DNA of 64,000 bases, from NCBI GenBank assembly GCA_963829525.1, contig CAWHIJ010000003.1, forward strand, positions 1,088,001 through 1,152,000. Reading direction: 5' to 3'. Below the pieces are notes generated by a model. That model ran no database searches. It was given only the letters and a program-made list of their open reading frames with translations, and was not told where the DNA came from. Made by a program: the position numbers and the translations under genes. This document shows, one piece after another, positions 53,876 through 64,000 of this stretch. Source of the DNA: an uncultured Actinomycetota bacterium (lineage in GTDB: Bacteria > Actinomycetota > Actinomycetes > JAHEKZ01). Positions within the stretch are counted from its first letter, which is position 1. Each line of letters starts with the position of its first letter.

Positions 53876-54439
53876 ATGACCACACTCACAGATCGGCAGC
53901 GGACAGCGCTGCTCGTCATCGACATGCAGAACGGAGTCATCGGGGAGGCGCACGAGCGGGATCGCGTCGTCGCAAACGTCGCCGTCCTTGTCGACAAAGC
54001 GCGGGCGGAGCAGGTGCCCGTGGTCTGGGTGGCCCACTCCGACGAGGGCGGTATGCCGCAGGGATCGCAGGCCTGGCAATACGTCGACGAACTCCGCCGC
54101 GACGAGTCCGAGCCGTTGGTGCACAAGACCTTCGCCGACTCATTCGAGGACACCGACCTCGAGGCGGTGCTCGCCGGCCTCAAGGTCGGTCGGTTGTTCG
54201 TCGCTGGCGCGCAGACCGACGAGTGCATCCGGTCAACCCTGCACGGGGCGATCGTTCGAGGCTACGACGCGACCCTGGTGGCTGACGCGCACACCACCGA
54301 GGACCTCAGCGAGTGGGGTGCGCCGCCGCCAGACCAGGTCATCTCGCATACAAACATGTACTGGTCTGGCCACCGGGCACCCGGCCGGACGGCTGGCACG
54401 ATCAACACCGCCGACGTGGACTTCATGGCCCAGGGCTGA
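53876..54439 (+). CDS. Isochorismatase family cysteine hydrolase
   Basis: TALLVIDMQ, HKTFADSF, AGAQTDECIRST, DAHTT. Confidence 0.9.
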   Translation: MTTLTDRQRTALLVIDMQNGVIGEAHERDRVVANVAVLVDKARAEQVPVVWVAHSDEGGMPQGSQAWQYVDELRRDESEPLVHKTFADSFEDTDLEAVLAGLKVGRLFVAGAQTDECIRSTLHGAIVRGYDATLVADAHTTEDLSEWGAPPPDQVISHTNMYWSGHRAPGRTAGTINTADVDFMAQG

Positions 54440-54483
54440 AAGCGACCTGCCTCGGCCTTGTCGGATGCATCGCGATCAACGAC

Positions 54484-55434
54484 TCAGGTCGTGTGTGCAA
54501 CGGTTTCGGTGACAACGGGTCGCGGTGCGATATCGACCGCGAGGCGGAACACATCTGGCCGGTGGTAGTGGCCAACTGGGTCGAAGAACTTTCTGGCCGC
54601 GAGTACTTTGCTGAGGTCAAGATCGGCTATCAGCACGGTTTCTTCTTCGCGAGCAGGTCCGGCAAGAATGTGCCCATTCGGGTCGATGATCACCGTGTTC
54701 CCAGGGTGGACCCACTCGCTGTTGTCGCCATCGGATTTCCATACTCGCTCCCGGTCTGGGAAGTCCGCCGGAATTTGGTCTGCCCTCAAACACGGATTCG
54801 CGCCGATCACGTAGCAGCCGCCCTCGGATGCGATGTGTTGCAGGGTGGTGATCCAACCGTCACCCTCGGCCAACGTCGGCGCCAACCAGACGTCAACTCC
54901 CTGGGAGTACAAGTAGAAGCGAGCGAGCGGCATGTAGTTCTCCCAACAGATGAGCCCGCCAATCCTCCCGAAAGGCGTGGGATAGGTCTCCAGCGTCGAG
55001 CCGTCACCTTGACCCCACACAGTGCGCTCTGAGCCGGTCGGCATCAGCTTGCGGTGCTTACCCAGCAGGACTCCGTCGGGCCCGAAATACAGCGTCGTGT
55101 TGTAGATCGTGCCCCCGCTGGGCTCGCGCTCGCTGACGCCAATGACCAAGTAGACACCGGCCTCCAGGGCCGCTGCTCCGAGGCGTTCCGTCGTCTCGCT
55201 CGGCACAGCCACGGCCTGCTGGGCGAACATCGTGAACCACTGCTCGTCGCCGTCCCAGACTGGATTGCTGTCGATCCAGATCGGCGTACCAGGAACGAAC
55301 GACTCCGGAAACAGCACCAGGTCAGCGGCGCGGACAGCCGGCTCGGCCAGCAACTCCTCAACCTTGTTGAGCGTGCCTTCGCGGTCCATCATCACGTACG
55401 CCGCTTGGACGGCCGCAACTTTGATAGTGGTCAC
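54484..55434 (-). CDS. Nitrilase (carbon-nitrogen hydrolase)
   Basis: E-K-C triad: LFPES, HRKLMPT, LICWENYMPLAR; FDPVGHYHRPDVF. Confidence 0.92.
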   Translation of the reverse strand: MTTIKVAAVQAAYVMMDREGTLNKVEELLAEPAVRAADLVLFPESFVPGTPIWIDSNPVWDGDEQWFTMFAQQAVAVPSETTERLGAAALEAGVYLVIGVSEREPSGGTIYNTTLYFGPDGVLLGKHRKLMPTGSERTVWGQGDGSTLETYPTPFGRIGGLICWENYMPLARFYLYSQGVDVWLAPTLAEGDGWITTLQHIASEGGCYVIGANPCLRADQIPADFPDRERVWKSDGDNSEWVHPGNTVIIDPNGHILAGPAREEETVLIADLDLSKVLAARKFFDPVGHYHRPDVFRLAVDIAPRPVVTETVAHTT

Positions 55435-55637
55435 ACGTCATCCCAACTCCAGGGGAGGGCTCCGTCCGCACTGTAGGTGCAGGCGTCAGACATGCACAAG
55501 AAGCGAAAACGCTGATCTCCATTCGGCACCCGCATTCTCTCGTGGCCAGTAGAGCGGGCCGAGCCGCCGGGGGGAGCACACGAGACGCTGTTGGGCTACT
55601 GGGTTTCCGTTGGTATCCCTGAGGGTAGATAGCGCAG

Positions 55638-56384
55638 ATGAGTGCGACATCTGAGGTGGCAACGGCACCACCAACCCGACGATTTGGGCTCCGGGTTGTC
55701 CTGATGGGTATTGCCCTGGCGCTGCTCGCGGTGCCGTTCGCATTGTTGTTGTTCCTCGTTAAGAGCAAATGGTCGCCACTTTCCGGCGCAGACTCCAGCG
55801 TGGAAGACAACCTGCACACCCTCGCCGAAAGTCATCCGGGCTTCGTAACCGTGATGCAAGCGTTGAGCACGCTAGGAGCCACCCCGACCTACCTGGTCGT
55901 TTTCACGTTGGTGATCGTGTGGCTGCTGTCCAGAAAGCTGCCCAGACTGGCCATCTTCGTCGCCGTGACAGCGATAGGAAGTTCGTTGCTCAACTCGGCG
56001 GTCAAATTCGCGGTCGACCGAGCGCGGCCGGTGCTCTCCGACCCCCTGGCGCAGGCCAGCGGGACCAGCTTTCCCAGTGGTCACGCACAGGCAGCAGTCG
56101 TTGGCTATTCCATCCTTCTTTTGGTGTTCATTCCTGTCGTAGCCGCGTCGTGGCGTTGGGTGGTGGTTACCGCGTCCGTCGTGCTCGTTCTGGCGATCGG
56201 CTTCTCACGCATCGCCTTAGGCGTCCATTACATCTCAGACGTTGTAGGCGGATATATTCTCGGCGCTGCGTGGGTAATGGCCACCACTGCCGCCTTCAGC
56301 GCATGGCGGCGAGAGCAAGGTCGTCCCCCAGTCGACCCGGCTGAGGGTCTAGAGCCCGAAGCGGCTGAACAACTCGCTGCGTAG
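55638..56384 (+). CDS. PAP2 family phosphatase
   Basis: KFAVDRARP, SFPSGH, SRIALGVHYISDV. Confidence 0.92.
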   Translation: MSATSEVATAPPTRRFGLRVVLMGIALALLAVPFALLLFLVKSKWSPLSGADSSVEDNLHTLAESHPGFVTVMQALSTLGATPTYLVVFTLVIVWLLSRKLPRLAIFVAVTAIGSSLLNSAVKFAVDRARPVLSDPLAQASGTSFPSGHAQAAVVGYSILLLVFIPVVAASWRWVVVTASVVLVLAIGFSRIALGVHYISDVVGGYILGAAWVMATTAAFSAWRREQGRPPVDPAEGLEPEAAEQLAA

Positions 56385-57143
56385 TTAGCCCCGAGCAATG
56401 TCGAGGTTCTCTTGGTGCAGAGCAGCATTCTTCGGATCGTCGATCCTCGGATCCTTGGACGCTCGGCCCGCAAGCAGGTCGTCGAGGTACCTCATGTCGG
56501 CGTCATAGCGACTCCGCGCATCGGTGGTGACTGTGCCGTGGCCGGGAATGAGCCACCGCGCTGCGTCCACGGCGTCGTACAGGGTCTCGAGTCCGGCCCC
56601 GTAGTGCTGGAGGGTCTCGTCCTCCGCAGGAACTGGGAGGTCTACGTCGCCGAGCATGTCGCCCGCCACCAGAATCCCCGAGTCGGGAAGGAACACCGCC
56701 ACATGCGCTGGCGCGTGCGCATCATGCTCGATGCACTCCGCGGTTGGCCCCGCCCACGGCAGCGTCCGGTCGGGAAGTGGTTGCACTCGGGCGGCGATGT
56801 CGATGAGGTCTGGAGTCAAATAGTCCACCACTGGGGCGAGCACTTCAGCACGGTGAGACGCGAGGCGCTGGGCCGTGCCGGCCGAAGCCCAGCGCGGGAC
56901 GTCACCTAGGTCGTTATGCCACAGAACGTGGTCGTAGTGCTGATGTGTGGCTAGACCGGCCACGCAGCGCACGCCAAGGTCGGCGAGATCACGAGGAATC
57001 GCTGCCAGCTCGTCGGGTAGGAAGGCTGGGTCAACGACCACTGCACCGCCAGCCCCGTCGAGCAGAACCGTGGACGTCGTGGTTTCCCAGCGCGACGTGG
57101 CCACCCACACTCCGCGAGCAATCTCGACGAGGCGTGTTGTCAT
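56385..57143 (-). CDS. MBL-fold metallo-hydrolase
   Basis: VVDP, THQHYDH, HAPAH, AGDM, PGHG; leaderless TAGGCT-N6-ATG. Confidence 0.88.
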   Translation of the reverse strand: MTTRLVEIARGVWVATSRWETTTSTVLLDGAGGAVVVDPAFLPDELAAIPRDLADLGVRCVAGLATHQHYDHVLWHNDLGDVPRWASAGTAQRLASHRAEVLAPVVDYLTPDLIDIAARVQPLPDRTLPWAGPTAECIEHDAHAPAHVAVFLPDSGILVAGDMLGDVDLPVPAEDETLQHYGAGLETLYDAVDAARWLIPGHGTVTTDARSRYDADMRYLDDLLAGRASKDPRIDDPKNAALHQENLDIARG

Positions 57144-57311
57144 CGCGTCAGCCTAATGGGGGTACATCGCTCGTCGACGCCACCTCGCTTCCGAATCCAC
57201 GCATAGCGAGCGACCTTGCCCGTCGACCGCGACGGCGAGAATCGGATCCGTAATGTTGAGCCGGCCAGGTACGGCGTGGGACAGGTGATGGAAGGCACGG
57301 AGGAGAACCCC

Positions 57312-59750
57312 ATGAGTTCTGCCACTCGAACAACAGTGATCGAGGTCTCTGGGGTGCAGTGGGCCTCGCAACACGCCGTTGCTGAGGCGCTTCTGTCTCG
57401 ACGGCCGGGAGTGACAGCGGTTGATGTCAACCCGGTCGCTCAGACTGCCACTGTGTCCTACAACCCCAGCGTCACATCGGTGGAGGAGTTAGCGGTCTGG
57501 GTGCGCGACTGCGGCTATCACTGTGCCGGGCGTCCAGTGCCGAGCCACATTTGTGATCCCTTGGCTGAACCGCGCGCGAAATCGTCAGAGGTCGCCATCG
57601 TCCGAGACGAGCAAGCACCGCATCGGACGTCCGAAGCTCATGAAGGTCACGACGTGCACGCTGGACACGACGTGCACGCTGAGCACGAGGCTGCGCGTGG
57701 GATGACCGCGCAGGACGCGATGGGTCATGGTGGTCACCACGTTGGCATGTCGATGGAAGCGATGGTCGTCGACATGCGTCGACGGTTCCTCGTCGCCGCC
57801 GTGCTGTCGGTACCCATCTTGCTGTGGTCTCCGATCGGCTCTGAGGTTCTTGCTTTTACAACTTCTGCTCCGTTCGGTCTACGGGACGATGTCTTCTCGT
57901 TGCTGCTGAGCTTGCCGGTGGTGTTCTACTCCGCGTGGATCTTCTTCGACGGTGCTTACCGAGCCCTGCGTGCCCGCACCCTCGACATGATGGTGCTGGT
58001 TGCTGTCGCGGTCGGTGCCGGTTGGGGCTACAGCGTCATTGTCACGCTCACCGGCGGCGGTGAGGTCTTCTATGAAGCCGCCACTGTCCTTACCGCGTTT
58101 GTTCTCCTGGGTCACTGGTTCGAGATGCGTGCGCGAGGTGGGGCCAACGATGCCATCCGGACCCTGCTGGAGCTCGCGCCGCCAAAAGCCGTGGTCATTC
58201 GTGGTGATGAAGCAGTTGAGATCGACACCGCCGATGTTGTGGTCGGCGATGTGCTCCTTATCCGACCGGGCTCGAAGATCCCGGTCGATGCAGTGGTCAT
58301 CTCCGGTAGCTCAGAGGTGGATGAGTCCATGGTCACCGGGGAGAGCCTTCCCGTGACCAAGACGACCGGATCTGAGGTGATCGGTGCGTCTGTGAACGCC
58401 ACGGGAACACTTCGGGTATGCGCAACGAAGGTGGGTGCGGACACAGCGCTGGCCCAGATCGTCGCGCTGGTGCAAGAGGCCCAGAACTCCAAAGCACCGG
58501 GTCAGCGATTGGCCGACCGCGCCGCGTTCTGGCTGGTCCTGGTCGCACTCGTCGGCGGGACACTCACATTTGCGGCGTGGCTCACCACCGGCAGCTCAGT
58601 CGACGAAGCCATGCTCTTCGCCATCACTGTCGTTGTTATCACATGTCCGGACGCCCTGGGCCTGGCCACACCGACCGCAATCATGGTCGGCTCCGGGTTG
58701 GGCGCGCAGCGAGGTGTGCTGTTCAAGAACGCCACAGCGTTGGAAACCTCCGCCGCCATTGACACTGTCGTCATGGACAAGACCGGCACGCTGACGAAAG
58801 GACGGCCCGAGGTCACCGACGTGGTGGTCGAGTCGATCGACGAGCCAACCCTGCTGGCCTTGGCGGCGGCGGTGGAGACGGAGAGCGAGCACCCACTCGC
58901 CGCCGCCATTGTCCAACATGCCAAGCGTGCCGGCGCCGAGATTCCGACTGCGAACGACTTCGTGAGTGTGCCTGGTCACGGTGCTATTGCGACTGTGGGC
59001 GGCCATCGGGTGCTGGTCGGAACCGCCAAACTCATGGACGACGAATCGGTGAACCTGAGAGGCCTAGCGGCAAGGCACGAGGGTCTATCTGCCTCCGGAC
59101 GAACCTCCATCCTCGTTGCGGTAGATGGTCGCGCTGTTGGAGTGATCGCGCTGGCCGATGCTGCGCGGGAGACCGCAGCACAGGCGGTGTCAGCGCTGCA
59201 CGCTGCCCGAATCAAGGTGGTCATGCTCACCGGTGACAACCAGGCAACCGCGGACCGGATCGGTGCCCAACTCGGGATCGACACCGTCATCGCAGGGGTT
59301 TTGCCGGGCGACAAGTCAACCATGATCAGCGAACTGCAGGACGCTGGAAGACGGGTAGCCATGGTCGGTGACGGTGTCAACGATGCTCCCGCGCTCGCCC
59401 AAGCGGACCTGGGAATCGCGATAGGCGCGGGTACGGATGTAGCCATCGAAACCGCTGACGTCGTGCTGATGAGATCTGATCCCCTCGACGTGCCCATCGC
59501 CATCGAGATCGGTCGCGGGACCCGCCGCAAGATGCGACAGAACCTCGGCTGGGCCATCGGTTACAACGCAGTCGCTCTCCCGATAGCCGCCGGCATATTC
59601 GAACCCACGTTTGGTCTCGTGCTGCGCCCTGAGCTAGCCGCCCTCACGATGTCCGGATCGTCGCTACTGGTGGCCGTCAACGCATTGATGCTGAAACGAC
59701 TTCACCTCCCGAGAAGCGAGTTCGAGGTCCTTAGCGAGGCGCCTTCGTGA
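57312..59750 (+). CDS. P1B-type heavy-metal (probably copper) translocating ATPase with a CPD motif
   Basis: [39 protein letters not shown]; HMA-like N-terminus and His-rich linker. Confidence 0.93.
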   Translation: MSSATRTTVIEVSGVQWASQHAVAEALLSRRPGVTAVDVNPVAQTATVSYNPSVTSVEELAVWVRDCGYHCAGRPVPSHICDPLAEPRAKSSEVAIVRDEQAPHRTSEAHEGHDVHAGHDVHAEHEAARGMTAQDAMGHGGHHVGMSMEAMVVDMRRRFLVAAVLSVPILLWSPIGSEVLAFTTSAPFGLRDDVFSLLLSLPVVFYSAWIFFDGAYRALRARTLDMMVLVAVAVGAGWGYSVIVTLTGGGEVFYEAATVLTAFVLLGHWFEMRARGGANDAIRTLLELAPPKAVVIRGDEAVEIDTADVVVGDVLLIRPGSKIPVDAVVISGSSEVDESMVTGESLPVTKTTGSEVIGASVNATGTLRVCATKVGADTALAQIVALVQEAQNSKAPGQRLADRAAFWLVLVALVGGTLTFAAWLTTGSSVDEAMLFAITVVVITCPDALGLATPTAIMVGSGLGAQRGVLFKNATALETSAAIDTVVMDKTGTLTKGRPEVTDVVVESIDEPTLLALAAAVETESEHPLAAAIVQHAKRAGAEIPTANDFVSVPGHGAIATVGGHRVLVGTAKLMDDESVNLRGLAARHEGLSASGRTSILVAVDGRAVGVIALADAARETAAQAVSALHAARIKVVMLTGDNQATADRIGAQLGIDTVIAGVLPGDKSTMISELQDAGRRVAMVGDGVNDAPALAQADLGIAIGAGTDVAIETADVVLMRSDPLDVPIAIEIGRGTRRKMRQNLGWAIGYNAVALPIAAGIFEPTFGLVLRPELAALTMSGSSLLVAVNALMLKRLHLPRSEFEVLSEAPS

Positions 59751-59825
59751 TCGGTGCAGCCATTGTTTGAAAAGCGCCGAATCGGGTAGACCTCAGCGGC
59801 CCAGTGCCGGTGAAGGGATAAACAC

Positions 59826-60194
59826 ATGACCGTGACGGCTTTTCAAGATCTACCCATGGCCGACCGAGACCTGGAGTGGGATGGCCACGCAGCGGAACAG
59901 CGGGTGCGGAGTTGGGCAGGGGCTGAGGACGAACCCAATGCAAAGTACCGCGACGCTCACCTCTGGTACGACGTTGAGAACAAGGACAACTTCACGGCGT
60001 ACAAGTTGCTCATTGCCGACGTGGTCGACGGCAAACTGCGCGCCGTCCCCCGTGGTGTCATGGCGGCCGGAAACGTCGTGCAAGGCGGAAGGGGTGGAGT
60101 CAATGTCCCAGATGCCGACGTTGGCAGGCTGAAGACCCACCTCGCCAAGTACTACGAGAAGATGGGCGACGAGGCACCTTGGGAGCGGGACTGA
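59826..60194 (+). CDS. Conserved hypothetical protein
   Basis: WDGHAAEQRVRSWA..YRDAHLWYD..YKLLIADVVDGKLRAVPRGV..RGGV..HLAKYYEKM; RBS AAGGGA. Confidence 0.75.
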   Translation: MTVTAFQDLPMADRDLEWDGHAAEQRVRSWAGAEDEPNAKYRDAHLWYDVENKDNFTAYKLLIADVVDGKLRAVPRGVMAAGNVVQGGRGGVNVPDADVGRLKTHLAKYYEKMGDEAPWERD

Positions 60195-60234
60195 TCGACA
60201 CCGACCTGGTTCTGGCGAAGCGACGCGAATCCCG

Positions 60235-61281
60235 ATGAAAGCCGTGACGGTGCAGCCGGGGGTCGGTGGTTCGGTCCGGTACGAGGAGGTGCCCGAACCG
60301 CACGAGAGCACCGGATCGATCCTTGTCGAGGCGGTGGCTGTCGGCATCTGCGGCACGGACGTCGAGATTTCCTCGGGCGCGTACGGCTGGGCACCCCCAG
60401 GCCGGGAGCGACTCATACTTGGTCACGAATCGCTGGGTCGAGTGATCGATCCCGGGTACGACCGCACCGTGCAGGCAGGTGACCTCATTGTTGGGATTGT
60501 GCGCCGCCCAGACCCAGTGCCGTGTCCTAGTTGCGCCGTTGGTGAGTGGGACATGTGCCGTAATGGGCAGTACACCGAGAGGGGCATCAAAGAGCTTGAC
60601 GGTTTCATGTCCGAGCGATGGCGGATCGAAGAAGGGTTCTTCACCAAGGTGGACTCGTCGCTTGGTCTGCTCGGGGTGTTGCTAGAACCAACCACCGTGG
60701 TCACCAAAGCTTGGGAGCTTGTCTGGGACATGCGAGTGAGAGCGTTCTGGGAGCCTGCGAGCGTCCTGGTCACGGGTGCCGGTCCCATCGGTTTGCTTGC
60801 TGCCCTGATTGGCGTCCAGAAAGGCCTTTCGGTTCATGTTTTGGATCGCGTCCGCGACGGCGTCAAGCCCCAACTGGTCCACGACCTGGGCGCCGCCTAC
60901 CACTCCGGGCCAATCACCGACCTGGGATTCAATCCGGACGTCGTCATCGAGTGCACGGGCGTGGGCTCGGCGATCGTCGACACGATCCGGCAGGTCGGCG
61001 CTGGTGGTGTGGTTTGCCTCACGGGGGTTGGTAGCGGAGGACCAACGAGCGGGATTCCTCCAGCTGATCTGGGGAAGGAAGTCGTCCTGCAGAACAACGT
61101 GGTCGTGGGATCGGTCAATGCGAACCGGCGCCACTTCTACCGGGCGTCGGAAGTTCTCGCTGCGGCCGATCGTGAGTGGCTGGCACAGCTGATCTCGCGA
61201 CGAGTGCCGCCTCAGAACGTCGCGGATGCGTTGCAGCGCGGTCCCGACGACATCAAGGTCGTCGTTGACTTCGGGGCTTGA
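60235..61281 (+). CDS. Zn-dependent glucose 1-dehydrogenase (archaeal-type MDR)
   Basis: GICGTD, LGHESLG, VRRPDPVPCPSC..WDMC, ERGIKE, GAGPIG, GSVNANRRHF. Confidence 0.9.
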   Translation: MKAVTVQPGVGGSVRYEEVPEPHESTGSILVEAVAVGICGTDVEISSGAYGWAPPGRERLILGHESLGRVIDPGYDRTVQAGDLIVGIVRRPDPVPCPSCAVGEWDMCRNGQYTERGIKELDGFMSERWRIEEGFFTKVDSSLGLLGVLLEPTTVVTKAWELVWDMRVRAFWEPASVLVTGAGPIGLLAALIGVQKGLSVHVLDRVRDGVKPQLVHDLGAAYHSGPITDLGFNPDVVIECTGVGSAIVDTIRQVGAGGVVCLTGVGSGGPTSGIPPADLGKEVVLQNNVVVGSVNANRRHFYRASEVLAAADREWLAQLISRRVPPQNVADALQRGPDDIKVVVDFGA

Positions 61282-61300
61282 TGACCACCATGGTGCGGTC

Positions 61301-63156
61301 ATGAGCGCCGCGTCCCCCTTTCCGCCTATTGCTGACTACGCGTTCCTCTCCGACTGTCATACCGGGGCCCTGGTTGCGCCCGACGGGTCGATCGATTGGC
61401 TCTGCGTCCCCCAGTTCGACGCGCCCAGCATCTTTGGGAGCCTGATCGACCGCCAGGCCGGGTACTTCCGCTTCGCACCCTTCGGGGTGAACCACCCGTC
61501 GGCGAGGGAGTACGAACCTGGCACCAACGTGCTCGTGACGACGTGGAAGTCGCCCTCCGGCTGGGTTGTCGTCCGCGATGCGCTGACAATCGGGCCACAC
61601 GAGGACGAGGACACCGTGACCCCACACACCCGGCCGCCTGCCGACCATGACGCCGACCACATGCTGGTGCGCACGGTTGAGTGCATCGAGGGCGAGGTAG
61701 AGATCGACCTCGTCTGTGAGCCGGTGTTCGACTACGGACGAACCACTGCCGCTTGGTCCCTTGTTGGCGTCGACCGGCATACCGCCGATGCACTTGGCGC
61801 CGACCAGACCGTACGTCTGCGCTCGGATCTTGCACTCGGCATCGAGGGTGACCGGGTGAAAGCCCGCCATATACTCGGGCCGGGAGAGCGTGCGTACTGC
61901 GCGCTGTCCTGGGCATCTGCCCTCGACGCCCCTCAGGACGTCGCCGAAGCTGACGCCAAGATCGCTGCCACGACAAAGTATTGGCGCGCTTGGCTGGATC
62001 GGGCACGCCTGCCTGACCATCGTTACCGGGCTCCGATCCAGCGATCGGCCTTGGCGATCAAGGGCCTCACCTACATGCCAACGGGAGCAACGGTCGCCGC
62101 CCTCACGACCTCGCTGCCTGAAACCCCTGGGGGCGAGCGCAACTGGGACTACCGCTACACGTGGATGCGAGACGCCACCTTCACCCTGCAGGCACTGCAT
62201 TGGCTCAACCTCGACTGGGAGGCCGACGAGTTCATGCAGTTCGTCGCCGACCTCGAACCCAATCCGGACGGGTCCTTGCAGATCATGTACGGCATCGACG
62301 GCAGGCGAGACTTGACGGAGTCGGCCCGCCATGACCTCTCGGGCTATGCGGGATCGCGGCCCGTGCGAGTGGGGAATGCCGCATTCGATCAGCGCCAGAA
62401 CGACGTTTACGGGGCGGTGCTCGACTCGATCTTGCTAAGCACGCGTCGAAGTCAACGAATGCCCGGCCGGCTGTGGCCCATCGTCGAGAAGCAGGCTGAG
62501 TGTGCCAGCAGTGTGTGGAAGGAGCCCGATCAGGGAATCTGGGAGGCTCGAGGTGAGCCCTATCACTACGTGTCGTCGAAACTGATGTGCTGGGTCGCTC
62601 TCGATCGCGCTGCTCAACTCGCTGGGATCGCGGGTGAGCCGGGTCGGCAGGCAAACTGGCAAGCGACTGCGGACGAGATCAGGACCGACATCCTTGAGAA
62701 GGGGTGTCAGAGCGTGGAGTTCTGCGCCAGCACTACGCAACAGATGCGCTGGATGCGTCTACGCTTCTGGCCGCAATGACAGGCTTTCTCGCCCAGGATG
62801 ACCCACGGCTCCGTGCCACCGTCGAAGCGATCGCAGGGGAGCTCAGCGAGAATGGCTTCGTGCTGCGTTATCGCACCGATGAGACAGACGACGGCCTCTC
62901 CGGCGAGGAGGGAACGTTTCTGATCTGCTCGTTCTGGTTGGCTTCGGCGCTCTCGATCATCGGAGAGCAAGATCGCGCCACGGATTCGCTGGACCGCCTC
63001 CTGAGGATTGCCTCGCCTCTCGGACTCTATGCGGAGGAGTTCGATGTCAACAGCGGTCGACACCTGGGTAACTTCCCGCAGGCGTTTTCCCACCTGGCGC
63101 TGATCGAGGCCGCCGCACGAATCATTCGCGAGGAGAGGCTCACGGAGACAGCATGA
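61301..63156 (+). CDS. Glycoside hydrolase family 15 (trehalase/glucoamylase-like), frameshift near 62700
   Basis: IADYAFLSDCHT, TTSLPE.PGGERNWDYRYTW.RD, PDQGIWE, CSFW, GLYAEE, LGNFPQAFSH. Confidence 0.92.
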
Positions 63157-63191
63157 GGGCCTTCGAGTCCGCGGCACTTACCAAGCTTGAG

Positions 63192-63719
63192 TCAGTGGAC
63201 TTGCCAGTTGAAGGCCCTGACGATCGCCTGAGCCAACTCGTCCGGTGCCGTCGCGTCGACGTCCAACACCAGATCTGCCACCTCCATGAACAGGGGCGCG
63301 CGTCCTTCGTACAAGCACTCCAGGACCTGGGTTGCGTCACCCTTCTCGAACCATGGCCGCCCAGCTCCCGTGCCCACCCGTTCGCTGAGAGTGGCGATCG
63401 AGGCGCGCAGGTAGACGACAAAGGAGGTTTCTGCCATGCGTCTGCGGGACTCCGGATCAAGAACCACTCCGGCCGCGACCGAAACGATGACCGACTGTTC
63501 CATGGCCAGCGCCTTCTCGAGCTCCGCCGCCTCGATCCGATGCAATGATTCCGCGCCTGCGCTGGCCAGGACTTCGGGCGTCGACAGGCCCGTCGCCTGG
63601 AGCACGAGCTCGTCGTTGTCGAGGTAGGGCCAACCGATCAGGGATGCGAGTGCGTGCCCCACTGTGCTCTTGCCGGCCCCCATCATTCCGACCAGGAGGA
63701 CCCGGTGTCGCAGACACAT
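63192..63719 (-). CDS. aroK: Shikimate kinase-like protein
   Basis: LVGMMGAGKSTVG, YLDND, VVYLRAS, GAGRPW, RAPLFMEVAD. Confidence 0.7.
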   Translation of the reverse strand: MCLRHRVLLVGMMGAGKSTVGHALASLIGWPYLDNDELVLQATGLSTPEVLASAGAESLHRIEAAELEKALAMEQSVIVSVAAGVVLDPESRRRMAETSFVVYLRASIATLSERVGTGAGRPWFEKGDATQVLECLYEGRAPLFMEVADLVLDVDATAPDELAQAIVRAFNWQVH

Positions 63720-63880
63720 GAGGCGCTCCTGTGGCGCTAACCGATAGACAGTCGATGCCCAGTAAAGCAGTCCGTTAGCGGGCAGGCCTCAATGGCGCGT
63801 CCGACATACTCGATGGCCCCTGTGAAAGTCACAGCCCGTTCCTACCCGATTCTTAGTCAGGTAGGCCGTCGAAGTTGGTA

Positions 63881-64000
63881 CTAGCCATTCTCGGATTGCA
63901 AGCCGTGGTCCTTAGTAAGCGCCGTCAGCAGCTTGTGGCAACTCTCAGCTCGACGCGCATCCTCGTCACGTACCTGTCGAATGAACTCGACGACATCATC
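63881..64000 (-). CDS. 3' end of a small helical hypothetical protein (starts beyond the window)
   Basis: Open frame DDVVEFIRQVRDEDARRAESCHKLLTALTKDHGLQSENG, then stop. Confidence 0.55.
   Translation of the reverse strand, partial: DDVVEFIRQVRDEDARRAESCHKLLTALTKDHGLQSENG

Noticed and set aside
57150-57165. CsoR/RicR operator for the P1B ATPase
   Set aside because: Only a GGGGTA half-site, and it overlaps the divergent MBL gene promoter.
63192-63719. Gluconokinase completing the glucose dehydrogenase pathway
   Set aside because: Motifs (GMMGAGKS, RP lid, R.PL..EVAD) fit shikimate kinase better, and the gene is on the opposite strand.

Overview
High-GC actinobacterial chromosomal segment of about 55 genes, with no rRNA, intact tRNA, CRISPR array, integrase or transposase that I can see. 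Many genes are split by single-base indels, densest at 1-5350 and 12050-18060. These look like long-read errors, so most split genes are called CDS rather than pseudogenes. Main modules in order: (1) DUF2252/DUF6325/DUF7144/arylsulfatase/DUF1269 cluster; (2) class III aminotransferase, LacI regulator and Tat-exported amidohydrolase; (3) ArsR plus a six-gene Ehr/Hyc complex like M. tuberculosis Rv0081-Rv0087, lacking the NiFe cysteines; (4) CPBP protease, DddP-like M24 protein and truncated gene scars; (5) two DUF1254 genes, alpha/beta-hydrolase, GAP protein, MalT-like LuxR regulator and AI-2E transporter, with a shared TCACCC-N5-GGGTGA palindrome; (6) heterodimeric ABC exporter, DinB, second DUF2252, GT1 glycosyltransferase, FAD oxidoreductase and MBL hydrolase; (7) nine-gene A/V-type ATPase operon plus a universal stress protein; (8) isochorismatase, nitrilase, PAP2, MBL, a CPD-motif P1B ATPase, glucose dehydrogenase, GH15 and shikimate kinase. 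The best unexplained signal is a stand-alone ~185-nt minus-strand unit at 32965-33184: promoter, strong RBS, 12-codon ORF and a multi-helix RNA fold. Next are a family of dispersed, fixed-spacing att-like repeats at module boundaries and the candidate MalT-like operator.
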